Source: Mobula hypostoma
Taxonomy: Eukaryota
Direction: 5' to 3'
Length of the DNA stretch: 64,000 nucleotides
Assembly (NCBI RefSeq): GCF_963921235.1
Contig: NC_086108.1
Span: 75,270,001-75,334,000 of the forward strand
This document shows, one piece after another, positions 12,421-25,699 of the stretch (the first letter of the stretch is position 1; every line of letters begins with the position of its first letter). Under the pieces are notes generated by a model that searched no databases, was not told where the DNA came from, and saw only the letters and a list, made by a program, of their open reading frames with translations. A program made the position numbers and the translations under genes.

Positions 12421-13868
12421 TTGCACTTGGAGCCTAACAAAACTTTGCAATGGATTACTAAATTGCTGGAATACCAAAGCATTTGTGTGCATGGAAGAGG
12501 AATGATTTGTTAACTCACATATGAAGAAATTAAAATTGACAAAACCAGTTAAAACTGTGTACTGGAAGGCAGGCAAGGCACTACCCTTGAAAATCTACAT
12601 TAATGACATGGGCTTTAGGCAGGAGTTTACCAAGCAACGCAGTTCCTTCAGAAATGAGATGAAATAGCACATGGCTGTGCTGATGGTGAAGTAGCTTAAA
12701 AATATCTAACTGAGTAAAGTATAGCTTGAGAAAAATGAACTTGTCAAAAATGTGAAGTTGAACAGTGTGAGGCCCACATGGCTGCCATGAATACACGTGA
12801 ACAGGAAATGCTTTTGATTGGCTTGAGTATCCTAAATTCAATTAGTCACACACAGTGCCATTACATATTCATGTAACTGAGTGAACCACATATCAAGAAG
12901 TCACATCCTTGTAAACATAACCTGAGATTGAATAGAATGTTTTCACCTTTACCCTAACTACGTCCCAGTGTGCACTGCCTGTGCAAAGCCAAAGTAAACA
13001 TGCTACAAAAAAAAGTTTCTTTTGAACAGGATACACCACGTCCTGTATTTAGTGGGAAAATGACTTCAGTTTGCATCACAGACACACTCCAAAAACAGCA
13101 CCTCTCAGTCATCTTTTACAAGTGCCAAGATATCTTCTTTGATCTTACTAGTCATGAATGTTTAGGCTAAATGGAGCTCAGCAAGTGTAAAATTAAGTAG
13201 AAGCTTTACTAGGTAGTACTCCTAAGGCAAAATCTTACTCCAGATACTTTAGAAACATATATCCTTCCTGGAATGGGAATTGTGCCCAGAATAATTTAAA
13301 AGCTTTTGAAAAGCTATTTGATTTAAGCCTTTTAATCAAAAAAAAATTATGATCAAAGCTAACTTGGGCCCTAGCCCATTAGTGACACAAGTAGGCATGT
13401 GTTGGAATTAAAGGGGTTGCCCTTGCCAGGTTTTACAAGGCTAAATGTACCTCTGAAATGGATTGACCTCTGCATGGAAAATGAAGACAGGATGCTTATC
13501 CAGCAGTACAGTTAGCTGGGGAAACAGAAGACAACTGGAGCCACATGGGTTCTGGAGGTAAATGGTAGAACTTAATCCAGTGAGGTTACAGACATGTGAA
13601 GGTTTTGTTTATTCTTAATGCATCAAAAGTTATTTTATTTTGGTGAAAATGGTGATTCCACTGAAGGTACAAAGAATACAGGCGACTTCAGTGCAGGTTG
13701 CATTCATAGGAAATAGGTTGCATCATAACACAAATCTGCATAGTCATCAAGAAACACAAATTGAAAACAACAGTGTTGAATCATTTACTTTTTTCACACA
13801 AATTCTGTGAGAGTGAATTTTATTCCATATCTCATTTTTTTAGGCAATGATCTGTGAATTCTATAAGG

Positions 13869-14098
13869 AGAACGGGGGAACGTCAACTCGGACCATGAGA
13901 GGCCTGCGTCGGGCATTTTCATGCCTTATAAGGCACAGATTGGAAGTCTGTGTGGGGCGCCACTCCTTGCACAGACACTAGAGCAATGTGTGATTAAGTG
14001 CCTTGCTCAAGGACACAAACATGCTGCCACAGCTAAGGCTCAAACTAGCGACTTTGAGATCACTAGACGAACGCCTTAACCACTTGGCCACGTGCGCA
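13869..14098 (-). mobile_element. tRNA-derived CORE-type SINE with 13-bp TSD
   Basis: Minus strand gtggccaagtggttaaggcg (A box), tgtgtccttgagcaaggcactt (CORE-like); TSD gaattctataagg at 13856-13868 and 14099-14111. Confidence 0.85.
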
Positions 14099-14572
14099 GA
14101 ATTCTATAAGGGCAAATTTCTATAACCTAGATGCCACAACACAAGGGTTCCCTGTACATGCAAAGTACAGTGAAGGAACTTTACAAAGAAAATGTCAAGA
14201 AGGGTGGGAAAGATTTTATTACTGAAGCTGGTTCATATGTCTTGCTACTAGAAGGGAAAATAATTGTTTCATCTAGTACATGTAGGCAGGGTTGTCCATT
14301 GGCACACTTCACTCCACACATTCAGTAAGAATTTTTTAAAAATTAAAATATTTATTGTCCATCCATAACTGCCCCTGAGAAGATGAATATGGGCCATGAT
14401 AATGAAGTGATAATGAAGGTGATACATTTTCAAGTCAGGGTAGTACCTGACTTGGAGAGCATCCTGAAATTTCCGGGGTTCCTTCTTTTCTTCTCTTTTT
14501 TTTTTGGTGATATAGTTTTCAAGATTGTGTGGTGTTGTCAGAATGACCTTGGTGAGTAAATGCAGCTTATTT

Positions 14573-15335
14573 AAGACCATCTGACCATAAAATATAGGAG
14601 CATAATTAGACCATTCAAGTCTGCTCCGCCATCCTATTATGGCTGATTTCTTATCCCTCTCAAACCTATTCTTCTGCCTTCTCCCCGTAACCTTTGACAC
14701 TTTAACTAATCAAGAGCCAATCAACCCCTGTTTTAAATATACTCGATGACCTAGCCTCCACAGCTGCCTGTGGCAATGAATTCCACAGATTCACTACCCC
14801 TCTAACTAAAGAAATTCCTCCTTATCTTTGTTCTAAATGGACATCCCACTTGTCTGAGGCTGTGCCTCTTGTCCTAGACTCACCCAGTGTAGGAAACATC
14901 CTCCCTACACTCACTCTATCTGGACCTTTCAATATTCTTTAGGTTTCAATGCGATCCCCCGTCATTCTTTTAAACTCCAGCAAGTACAAGACCGGAACCA
15001 TCAACGTTAATTTCTCTAACCTCCGATAATGTCCCAAACACCACCCCGCCCCATTTCCCATCCCCTTTTCCATTTCTCACCTCATCTCACCAAACAACTT
15101 CCCAGCTCTTTACTTCATCCCTCCCCGTCCAACTATCACCTGGTGGCTCTCTGTCCCCTCCCTCCACCTTTTAAATTTATTCCTTAGCTTTTTTTCTTCC
15201 GTCCTGCCGAAGGATTTCAGCCTGAGGTGTAGGCTGCAAGTGAGCCTACAAGGTATCTTGCACAAGCCCCTTTGCACCTCTGATTTTTGAATTTTCTATG
15301 CTTTTATTCCTTCTACCAAAGTGTATGACCATACA
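14573..15335 (-). mobile_element. CR1 3' fragment containing a PLE pLTR fragment (~15001-15236, + strand)
   Basis: CR1 tail and gaattccacagattcac motif; inner pyrimidine tract ending gtcctgccgaaggatttcagcctgaggtgtaggctg. Confidence 0.8.
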
Positions 15336-16216
15336 CTTCCAGTTAAGATGGTGCCTTCGAACGTGTGCAACAGCTTCTGGTAGTCAAAAAGCTAGGAAAT
15401 CTGACTAAAAACATCACTAAAAATACCTTTTCTGAGGTAAATTGTGTTAAATTAACACTGCAAACAGTGAAGGGGCAAATGAGGCCGAGGCAAGAGCGGG
15501 GGATGAGTCGAGATGGTGTGTAGCAGAATACTAGGTAGAGAAGTTCTGAGACACATTTAACTGGCCCAGGAGAGAGGTTGGATCACTCTGGGCATCCAAA
15601 GAAGTCAGGGTCTGGGCAGTGAAGTTCTGGTGTTCATTCAACTTGTCCAGGTGTGAGGTTGGATAGCTCTGGGTGCTGAGCTCATTTGGAGCTTAGCTTC
15701 AGGTTGGGCAGCAAAATCGGGACCAGAGCGAGTCACTAGAAGGCATAGGTTTAGGCCTGGAGCCTTTCGTAGTAGCGGTGTCTGGGTCCTAGTGTGAGGT
15801 ATAATCCGCTGTTGAGACAATTTAACAGCCGGCCCAGATTGGAGGCAAGGGCAGATTTCGCTGGTTCTCTGTGATGGTCATCTCCATGGCGCTGAGGCTA
15901 TGAAGACTGTCCCAGCTGCTGTGCTCCATCCCTGCTAAGATGATGAACTGATAAGCAAGGCTTTGGGCCTACTCTGGGCTGCTTTGGGGTTCAGATCTGA
16001 GGACTCAATTTTGATTTGATTTGCTATTGTTTGTTTCAATAGCTTGCATGATTTTTTTTGTTCTTGCTCATCAAGGGTTGGTCTTTTATTTTTTTCTGTT
16101 CTTTTTTTTCTTTAAATGGGTTCTTTAGGGTTCTTGCTTTGTGGGCACCCATGAGCAAGCAAATCTCAAGGTTATATAATTTATACATTCTTTGATAATA
16201 AATGAAACTTGAATCT
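15335..16216 (+). mobile_element. Non-coding LINE-derived retroposon with 5' acttccagttaagatggtg and Rex1-like 3' tail
   Basis: Ends tttgataataaatgaaacttgaatctt; same architecture as 9222-9887. Confidence 0.55.
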
Positions 16217-16379
16217 TCCCTACACTATATTCTGTCTGGGCTGGGAAATTTCCATTGTGAATGAGCATTGTAACACATCCATGAAAATACATCAACAGGT
16301 TTTAAGATGGTGTAACATTAAAATAGGCAATAATAAAGTGCATTTTGCAAATATGGGTGTGGAATTAAAATATTGCATT

Positions 16380-16922
16380 GAATATAGTAGCCATTTTATT
16401 AGGTACACCTGTATACCTGCTCATTAATACCAATTTCCAATCAGTCAGTTATGTGGCAGCAACTCAATGCATAAAAGCATGCAGATGCAGTCAGGAGGTT
16501 GTTGCTCAGACGAAGCATCAGAATTGGGAAGAAATACAATCTAAGTGACTTTGATCATGGAATGATTGTTGATGCTGGATGGGTTGGTTTGTACCCCAGA
16601 AAGAGCTGATCTCCTGTGATTTTCATGGACAACAGTCTCTAGAATCTCAAGAGAATGATACGAAAAACAAAAAACGAAACAGTGGCAACAGTTCTGTGGG
16701 TGAAAATACCGTGCCTTGAGAAAGGCCAGAGAAGAATGGCCAGACGGCTTCAAGCTGACAAGAAGGCAACAGTAACTCAAATAACCACACATTACAAGAG
16801 TGGTGTGCAGAACAGCATCTCTGAATGCACAAAATGTCAAATCTTGAAGTGGATAGGTTACAGAAGCAGCAGATCACACTGGGCTCCACTCCTGTAACTA
16901 CAAAAGTAGCCAATGAGTGTAT
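16380..16922 (+). mobile_element. Non-autonomous Tc1-derived element (internally deleted)
   Basis: TIR-like agtagccattttattaggtacac and aaagtagccaatgagtgta; HTH remnant RRMARRLQADKKATVTQITTHYKSGVQNSISECT. Confidence 0.8.
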
Positions 16923-17310
16923 GTGTGACAGTTGGACCTGACGATGTGTCATGTTCTATCAGCCTAAGTACATCCCAGTTTCCTTCATTTCTCATTCCTA
17001 CACTTCTCCCTATAGGAGCTTAATTATTTTATACCATATTGGATATGATATATGAAGTGAGCAATAATTATTTTACCTATGATCTTAATTACATCTGGTT
17101 CTGGATTTCTTTATGCTAACAGTAGTTGCCCTAAGTGGGAATGTCTCACATTCCCTTAAATGGCATTGGTGACCAAAGCATATCTTTAGACTTGCCAGTC
17201 ATTTTCTTCATCATCTTCACCAGTGTGATCGCTCTCCAATTCCAATTTGACATCTCTGTGTCCCTTATTCTATACTAAGGCTGCTAATACTGACTTCAAA
17301 GGAATTAGCA

Positions 17311-17370
17311 GCTTCTCCATTTGGTTGTTTGGTGTCAAGTGCTTCTCCATTTGGTTGTTTGGTGTCAAGT
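17311..17370. repeat. Perfect 30-bp tandem duplication
   Basis: gcttctccatttggttgtttggtgtcaagt x2. Confidence 0.98.
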
Positions 17371-17677
17371 CTGAACATTCCCTTTAATGACTTACACTTT
17401 TGATAAGCTCTGCATTTTATTCACAATAATATGAATTTATTATGTGATAATCCTAAACAATAGGACACATTTAGGCAAATACCAAGGCCACTCTCTGTAG
17501 GCGGTTGAGAGATTTCTTTAATTTAGTTGCCTTTATACTTCAAGAACAATTGGCATAATACCTTTTTATCATGCAGTATGAAGGCCCAGTCAATGGCTGA
17601 TGTATCTGTTGTTTACCCTTTTCTTTTTTTGCCTCTTTTCCTCAGAATATTTAACTTTCTTGTATATTGAGTCCTTG

Positions 17678-17810
17678 AGTCCTGCTAAAGGGTTTCAGCC
17701 AGAAACATCGACTGTACTCCTTTCCATAGATGCTGCTTGGCTGCTGAGTTCCTTTAGCATTTTGTATGTGATGCTCAGATTTCCAGCATCTGCAGATTTT
17801 CTCTTGTTTT
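17678..17810 (+). repeat. Solo PLE pseudo-LTR (decayed hammerhead motif)
   Basis: gtcctgctaaagggtttcagccagaaacatcgactg...ccagcatctgcagattttctcttgttt. Confidence 0.8.
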
Positions 17811-18358
17811 TGCCTGTATATTTGTTACTTTTCATGCTTCTGCTCTGATAGAGGGAACCCGTTCTTTCTCTTTATAAAACCTAACTGGTCTAATACATAT
17901 TTTCAGAGCTGTTTGCTTTTTTTTTTAGTTTTTATCATTTTAAGTTGTTTCTCCTTATTTGTCCATCTTCCCACGCTTTGCTGAACAAAGATCATTAATC
18001 ATGGCAGGGTCAGAGTATGCAGAGATCAGAAAGGTAAGTGATGTAAATCAGAATTCAAGGACATCCAGCAGAACTAACCAGATTCACAGTCTGAATTTAA
18101 CTCCCTTATTATGACACTAGCAGCCTTATTCTCCTGGTATGGCATTGTGATTTTAATTTAATTATACCCAAAAATAACCCATAGGGTAGCTTCCAGTCTC
18201 TGACTGAAAAGATTTGCTCAGTCACTTGATTTCCGTTAGGAATATACTGGAGTTAAGATTATTCTTCCCTCTCACTGTGACAGACTTTAATCAATAATCA
18301 CTCACCATTGTGATTGGCATATACTGTCTTTTAAAGGTAACACTCCTTTAAGACTCAG

Positions 18359-18564
18359 CAACAAGAAAATCTGCAGATGCTGGAAATCCAAGCAAAAGAC
18401 ACAAAATGCTGGAGGAACTCAAAGGCCAGGCAGCATCTATGGGAAAGAGTTAACAGTTGACACCGTGGGCCAAGCCCCTTCATAAGGACCCGAAACATCA
18501 ACTGTACTCTTTTCCATAGATGCTGCCTGGCCTGCTGAGTTCCTCCAGCATTTTGTATGTGCTG
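18359..18564. mobile_element. Palindromic double-pLTR PLE mini-element with 12-bp TSD
   Basis: Inverted arms around 18480; TSD tttaagactcag at 18347-18358 and 18565-18576. Confidence 0.85.
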
Positions 18565-20514
18565 TTTAAGACTCAGAATGTGATATACCGTGATATTTGT
18601 TGTTGTGTGGCAGGAGTACATTGCAGTACACAATAATAAAAACTGTGAACTACAGTAAGTATATACTGTACATTAAATAGTTAAATTAAATAAGTAATGC
18701 AAAAAAGTAATGAGGTAGTGTTCATGGGTTCAATGTCCATTCAGAAATTTGACGGCAGAGGGGAAGAAGCTGTTCCTGAATCATTAGTGTGCTGAGTCTA
18801 AATAAAAATATTACCATTATTTGTTGATTCTACACAGAGCACAGCAGCACATTTAATGGGATTAAAATCATCCCATTCCTTGTTTATTTGGATCCTACCA
18901 AATAATGTTAATAAATAAAGGAGATATGTTTATACTTAATAAAGAAAATAAATTATACAGCTCATGCTTTATGCTATTTCCTGTTGTGTGCACTACTTTG
19001 GAATGGAACAAAGTTGTTGCGTAGTCTTCTGTTCTGTTTCAATGTATGGGGCCTCCCAGATATCCCCCAGAGTATCTTAACCCAGGGCGTGAAGGAAGTG
19101 CTACTGACCTAACGGATGGAAGCAGGTCTCTGCTCACGAAGCCTTTGAGGTGCTGAGGCATGCATTGTAATGGATGGAGGCAAAACAAAAACATAGAAGT
19201 TCTTGCAGAGGACAGTCACTGACATTACCCACTGGTTCCACAATGAAACCAAAGACCTCAGATCAAGCCCTAAGTTATGCAGAGGACCTTTACAGGCCTG
19301 TATAGGGTTAAGAGTTCAGTATGGCCTTATTAAACTTAAATACATTCACTGCGTGCCTGAAAGCACAACAAAATACAAGAAAAAAGTTCTAGGTCAATTC
19401 AATGTATTTTTAAATAATGGATATTGCTTTAAATATTCACATTTTCATAAACACACATTATTTTTCTTAACTGTGTAAATTTACAGAGCCTGTAAGTATT
19501 TTGTTGTTAAGCTAAGCAGGGTGATACAATAGGATCACAAGCTGGAATTCCAGTCTTCATGCTCATAGTTATCACTGACCTCACTTTTTGTGTTATAAGG
19601 AGTAGTCCTTAACAGACTGAGTACTGGACGATTAGTTGCACCTCTCAACAGTGGCGAGATACCTTTTGGCTGGAAAACAAGGCAGCGTGTCAGAGGATTT
19701 GGGGGAAGGTTGGTGGTGAGGTGATGAGGTGGTGAGGGAAAGAAGCTGGAGAGGTGCTAAACTAATCTGGTCACTTCAAAGGACAAAATGGTAGATACAA
19801 CAGACCAAAAAGGAATGTCATCAATAGGGAATGGGTTTGTCCAAAATAAGTTAGTCCTGTATTTCATCAATTCCCCCTGTCAGAGGTGAAGATTTCATGA
19901 CTGGTCTATTCCAATATAGAAAGGTCATGCTGCGATTATCAATATATTTAGCCCAACTGAAAACTCGAGATAAGGACAAGAAGGATTTCTATACCAAATC
20001 CAAGGTTTGCATTCAATCTCAGGGTTATGAAAGATATAAACCTCTGGAAATGCACGGTAGATAAGGTGAGAGTCGGGAAAGCTAACTCCAACAGAATCTT
20101 CCTTCTGACATATTGCATAGAGTCCTGTGGCCACCATGTTTAACTTAAGAGACCAGCACAGGTCTTCATGGCAACAGCTACAATCCAGGCTCTTTGAGAA
20201 TATCGTTTTCCAAGGAAAAACCAGAAGCACATCTACATAGACTGTACCATGACAGGTAATCATTGACTATTGGATTGACCAACATTTAATCTGCTCTGTT
20301 ATCTCTGCCAAAATTGGCTACATGACAGTGACAGCTACAGCACCTCTTAGAAGTGAGAGAGAGGTATATAGGCCAAAGATTGGAGAGAGAAACAAATAAG
20401 AGAGAACTGCTCAGAGTTTCATTGACATCTTCTGTTGGACAATCTTGAGCAGTAATGGAAGCAAATTGCTCATTGCCTGCCAAGATGCATTATTAACATT
20501 TGAAAGATATTTCA

Positions 20515-22612
20515 AAAGTTCAAAGTAAATTCATTATCAAAGTGCATATGCTGTATGTCACCATATGTTACCCTAAGATTTATTTTCTGGTGGGCACTCA
20601 CAGCAAATACAAAGAAACACAATAGAATCATTGAAAAGAACACAAAGGTGCATAAATCTCAGAGGACCGATACTAGACCCATCATATAAACATAATTGCA
20701 AAGAAAGCACAACAGAGCCTCCACTTCCTCAGGACTATGCGGAGATCTGGCATGTCCTCAAAAACCTTGGCCAACTTCTATAGATGTGTGGTAGAAAGTA
20801 TATTGACTGGCTACATCATAGCCTGCTACAGGAACACCAATGCCTTTGAGTGGAAAATCCTTCAAAAGTTAGTGGATTCAGTCCAGTACATCACCCTCCC
20901 AACCACTGAGCACATCTACATGAAAATCAGCATCCTCACCACCCAGGCCATGGTCTTTTCTCTCTGTTGTCATCAGGTAGAAGGTACAACTGCCTCGGGA
21001 CTTGCACCACCAGGTTCAAGAACAGTTACTATCCTTCAACCATCAGGCTCTTGAACAAAAGGGTATAACTACACCCATTCTATTTCTTGAGTTCCCACAA
21101 CCGATGGTCTCACTTTAAGGACTCTATCCTGTTATTTTATGCTCTCATTTTTGCTATTTATTTATGTCTGCATTTTCACAGTTTATTGCTCATTGATCCA
21201 GTTCACAGTTGTTGTTCTATAGACTTGCTAAGTATTCCTGCAGGAAAAAGAATCTCAGGGTTGTATGTGGTGACGTGCATGTATTCTGATAATAAATTTT
21301 ACCTTCAACTTTGAACTTTGAACCCGAGACCGACAACACCAATGTGCAAAAGACAATAAACTGCAAATACAAAAGAGAGAAATAATAATAATAAATAAGC
21401 AATAAATATTGATAACATGAGATGAAGAGTCCTTGAAAGTTAGTCTATATGTAGCGGGAACATTTCAGAGATGGCGTGAGTGAAGTTAAGTGAAATTTTC
21501 CTCTGTGGTTCAACAGCCTGATGGTTGAAGGGTAACAATTGTTCCCAAACCTGGTGGTGTAGATGCTGTGGCTCCTGTACCTCCTTCCTGATTGCAGCAG
21601 TGAGAAGAAAGCATTGCCTGTATGGTGGGGGTCAATTTCATAATGATGGATGCTGCTTTCCTACAGCAGCGCTCCATACAGATGTGCTCAATGGTGGGGA
21701 GAGCTTTATCCTTGATGGACTGGATTATATCCAGTATTTTTTGTAGACCTTTCCATTCAAAGGGATTGATATTTTCATACCAGGCCTTGATGCAACCAGT
21801 GAATATACTCTCCATCACTAATATACTGAAGTTTTTCAGATTTTTAAATGAAATATCAATTCTTCGCAAACATCTATGAAATTAGTGCTGCTGCTGTTCC
21901 TTTTTTGTAACGGGACTTATATGCGGGACCCAGGACAGATCCTCGGAAATTATAGCACCAAGGAATGTAAAGATTCTGACCCTCTCCACCTCTGATCCCC
22001 CAATGAGGCCTGGCTGATGGACCTCCGGTTTCCTCCTCCTGTGGTCAATAATCAGATCCTAAGTCTAACTGACATTGAGCGAGAGGTTGTTGCTGTGGCA
22101 CCACTCAGTCAGATTTTCAATTTCCCTCCTCTATGCTGATTCATCACCACCTTTGATTCGGCCAATGATAGAGGTGTCATCAGCAAACTTAAATATGGCA
22201 TTGGAGCTGTGCTTAGTCTCATAGTCATGAGCATAAAGCAAGTAGAGCAGGGGGCTAAGCACACAGCCCTGTAGTGCACCTGTGCCAATGGTGATTGTGG
22301 AGGAGATGTTGTCACCAATCTGAACTGACTGGGGTCTGCAAGTGGGGAGGGTGAGGATCCAATTGTACAAGGAGGTATTGAGGCCTAGGTCTTGAAGCTT
22401 ATTGATTAGTTTTGAGAGGATGGTAGTATTGAATGCCAAGCTGTATGGTCTATGAAAAACATCCTCACTGCCCATGGTTCCAGGGTTGAGTGAAGAGCCA
22501 ATGACATGCCATCTACTGTTGACCTGTTTTAATGGGAGGCAAAATGGAGCAGATCTGACTCTCAAGGCACTTCATCACAGTGGATGTGAGTGCTACAGGA
22601 CAATAGTCATTG
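20515..22612. mobile_element. Rex1/Babar-type LINE fragments: a + copy (~20650-21322) apparently inside a - copy (tail at 20515, body 21323-22612)
   Basis: FYRCVVESILTGYIIACY (+); minus-strand [53 protein letters not shown]; (ctttgaa)n tails. Confidence 0.85.
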
Positions 22613-24789
22613 AGGCAAGTTGTCAAATTCTTCTTAGAAAATAGATTAAAGGGGTTTGGAGAGAAGGGCCAAATGCAAGGAAATGGGGTGAGTTCAAGCA
22701 GGCAACATGGTCGGTGTGGACGAGTTGTGCTGAAGGGCTTGTTGCTATGCTGCATTACTCTATCATTCTATAAGTCTAACAAAGGGAAAGCATTTTTAAA
22801 AACAGGGCAGAAAACAATTCATTGATGCTGTAACCTGTAATATTATTCCACCAGCTCTTTAACATCTGAAATATTATTTAATCATCTGTTTACCATCTGA
22901 AACTTGTGACCCATCAAGTATCAATCAACAAAGGAACGGTCAAATCAGCAAATCAGCTGATTAAAAGTAGTAATAAAAGGGAACTATAATCACCATTTTG
23001 TTCAAAAGTACTGTATTCTCTACTTTCAGTAATGCTTTCATTAAACTACAAGGAGCCTATCCCTTGTATCATGGATTATTAGATTTTTATTAAAATAATG
23101 ACTTTTTAAACACAAACTGGGTTAAACATTTAGATTCCTGGATAATTTACAGGCTACAAATGAAAGGTGTTTGTTTCTGTTGTGATTAGCCTGACTGTGT
23201 CTTCTGGCAGTGTTGGTAAGTTAAACAGAGCTTTTTATCCTCTTAAAAATATATCAGTTACGGTCAATTATTACCTCAAAGGTCTCTCTGTTCCTCTTGA
23301 TTTTTACAGTACATTTAAAAGAGCACCATTAACATCAGTTAAAAGAGTGTGTGTTGGTAATAAGCACAACTTTGTAAAAGGATCATTACCAAGATTTGTT
23401 TCTGGAATATATCGTTTCAACTGTGTATGGTCTTTCATCCTCTGCGTGCTGCCAGGCTCAGTAACCTGCCCCAGATAGTTACAGTAATAAGATCATAAAC
23501 ATTCATTATTTACAGCTACAACTTGCATTTGTATAGCAGCTTTTATAGCGTAAAGTCACAGGGAACTTCACATGTTAGTTATCAAACAAAAAGAAACTGA
23601 ACAAAAGCAGCTGGGTTCAGGTCAAGTAAAAAATAAAAATTCCTAAAAAATTCAGACAAGAGCCCAGCTCCCTCAAACGCACCCATGTTCAGTTTTGGCA
23701 AATGGAGCCTTCAGTTTAACTCAGATGTCTATTTTACCCGCTGTCACCTGTGTTTTTCATGCTTCAATAAAAGGAGATGGAAAGGACTAGATCAATATGC
23801 TTACTGATGCCACAGAGAGCTCACTGGCCTGGAGAGATTGAAGGGTTTCCTGAAAGCCCCATTGAGCTTACCAGTAAAACTTGTTACCCAATGCAATTAT
23901 TCCATTCGCAAACTCTTTGATTATTTTTTCAATTGTTATGCCTCACAACACCAGACTCACTCTGACCCATTCACTGATTCCAATTCTGACTCTGACTCCT
24001 GCTTACTGACCATTCCTTCTGTCACATGATCACCTCCGATCATAATCTAATCACGTCACTCTCCCACAATCACGAGAGCACACCCCAACATCCCAAACCC
24101 AGCTAGTATTCGCCCATCACAATTTCTTCCCCCTTACCACCATTGCTTTTCCCACGAAGAATGCAGTCAGATCTTCAAACACAAAGGTGCGTGGATAAAA
24201 GAAAAATGGAATGTTGTGGGCTATGTAGGATGGAAGGGTTAAATTGATCACAGAGTAGGCTAAAAGCCTGACCCAACATTCTGGGCACATACACTGCCGT
24301 ACTGTTCTGTGTTCTTTGTTCTATTAACAGTCTGGCCCGAAAGTTAGGGGGAATAAACTACAAATGCTGTAAATCTGACTGTCAGGCCCAACAATAGGGA
24401 AAAAATAAACTGCAAATGCTGTAAATCTGAAGTAAAAAACAGAAGAATCTGGAAAATCTCAGCGCAGAAATGTTGCAGGTCCTGTTTTTTGGTCCCCACA
24501 GACGCCGCCTGACATGTATTAATCTTACAGCATTTTCTATGTTTATCTGAGGCCTGGAGCCTGAATAACTCAAATATATCGAAGAGCTGAAATTATCAGA
24601 AGATCAGGGAAACCCATCAGGAAAAACTGTTCATAACTTCTCCCATCTCAAAAGTCACCTCCTAGTGTATGCTAAAGTCTTTTTCTTCTCATAGCAAACC
24701 AAACAGAACTTGAATGCGAAACAGTTCTGAGATATTTATAACATGTGCTTACTTACAAATATGAATTCCATTTGGGTGTGACTATGTGT

Positions 24790-25090
24790 ATATGTATGCC
24801 TCCGAGCCTATCCAAATTTCTCTTAAATATTGAAATTGAATCTGCATCCACCACTTCCACTGGCAGCTCGTCCCACACTCTCACCGCCCCTGGAGTGAAG
24901 AAGCTCCCCCTTAAACATTTTGCCTTTCGCCCTTAACCCATGACCTCTATTTCTAATCTCACCCAACCTGAGTGGAAAAAGCCAGCTTGCATTCACCTTA
25001 TCTATACCCTAATCTAAAAGTAATCTTGTATACCTATATCAAATCTCTCCCCATTCTCCCACACAGTAGGGAATAAACTCCTACCCATTC
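24790..25090 (-). mobile_element. CR1 3' fragment
   Basis: Similar to 42137-42500 (gagtggaaaaagcc.gcttgcatt.acc.tatctatacc). Confidence 0.7.
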
Positions 25091-25699
25091 TTTTTTAATC
25101 GTTTCCTTAAAAGGATCAATGAATGCTGTGCTGGTCCTCCCTTCCTGATTGACACTTATTAGGAACATTGGATGAAAGAATATGGGATAGGTTCATGTAC
25201 AACACCACCTTAATGGGCAAACTCTCTTGATTTCAGCACGTTACAAATGTTGGATCATTGGACTATGCAAACTACCGAGGGTTCACATGGTGAAATTGTA
25301 TTGTCTTGGCATGAAGCTCACACTGTTGCCGAATTCTGGAGATTTGTTTCTTTATCTTTAAATATAGTACCTCTTGTCTACAATCAAGTGGCCTGCCAAG
25401 TCATTAATAATCATGCATGTGCTTCAGGACTGGAATCGTATACCTGGTGGGAGCAGTCAGTTTCCTTCTCAGAAAGCTGCAATTGAAGCTGTTCGCTTTA
25501 TGTCAATCTGGAAGTTTTATGATTACTTCACTGGTACCCCACCACAAATCACCAGATTTTACAATTTTAATTTTGTAGCTGGATTTGAAATTGGTGTTCA
25601 ACAATTTTATTGTCTGATTAACAGCTGCAAATCAGGCCAACATCCTAATTAATTTGAAATAGGGGATGTAAATTGGAAGCAGTTGCAGGGAACATTCCA

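Noticed and set aside
14030..14098. tRNA gene
   Set aside because: It is the SINE head: decayed B box, followed by a CORE-like body, with a TSD
14131..14328. RQGCPL peptide suggesting an L1 RT
   Set aside because: Isolated 6-residue match with no surrounding RT motifs
17990..18040. Plus-strand exon ending aag|gtaagt (MAGSEYAEIRK)
   Set aside because: Weak acceptor, no partner exons found, no recognisable protein
19925..20483. Cys-rich minus-strand ORFs in unique sequence
   Set aside because: No recognisable motif or convincing splice structure; BLASTx would be needed
20737..21869. YRC..ESILTGCI.AWY peptides as a host gene (DUF1891/ALKBH8-like)
   Set aside because: This is the C-terminal part of Rex1-type LINE ORF2, multi-copy and degenerate here
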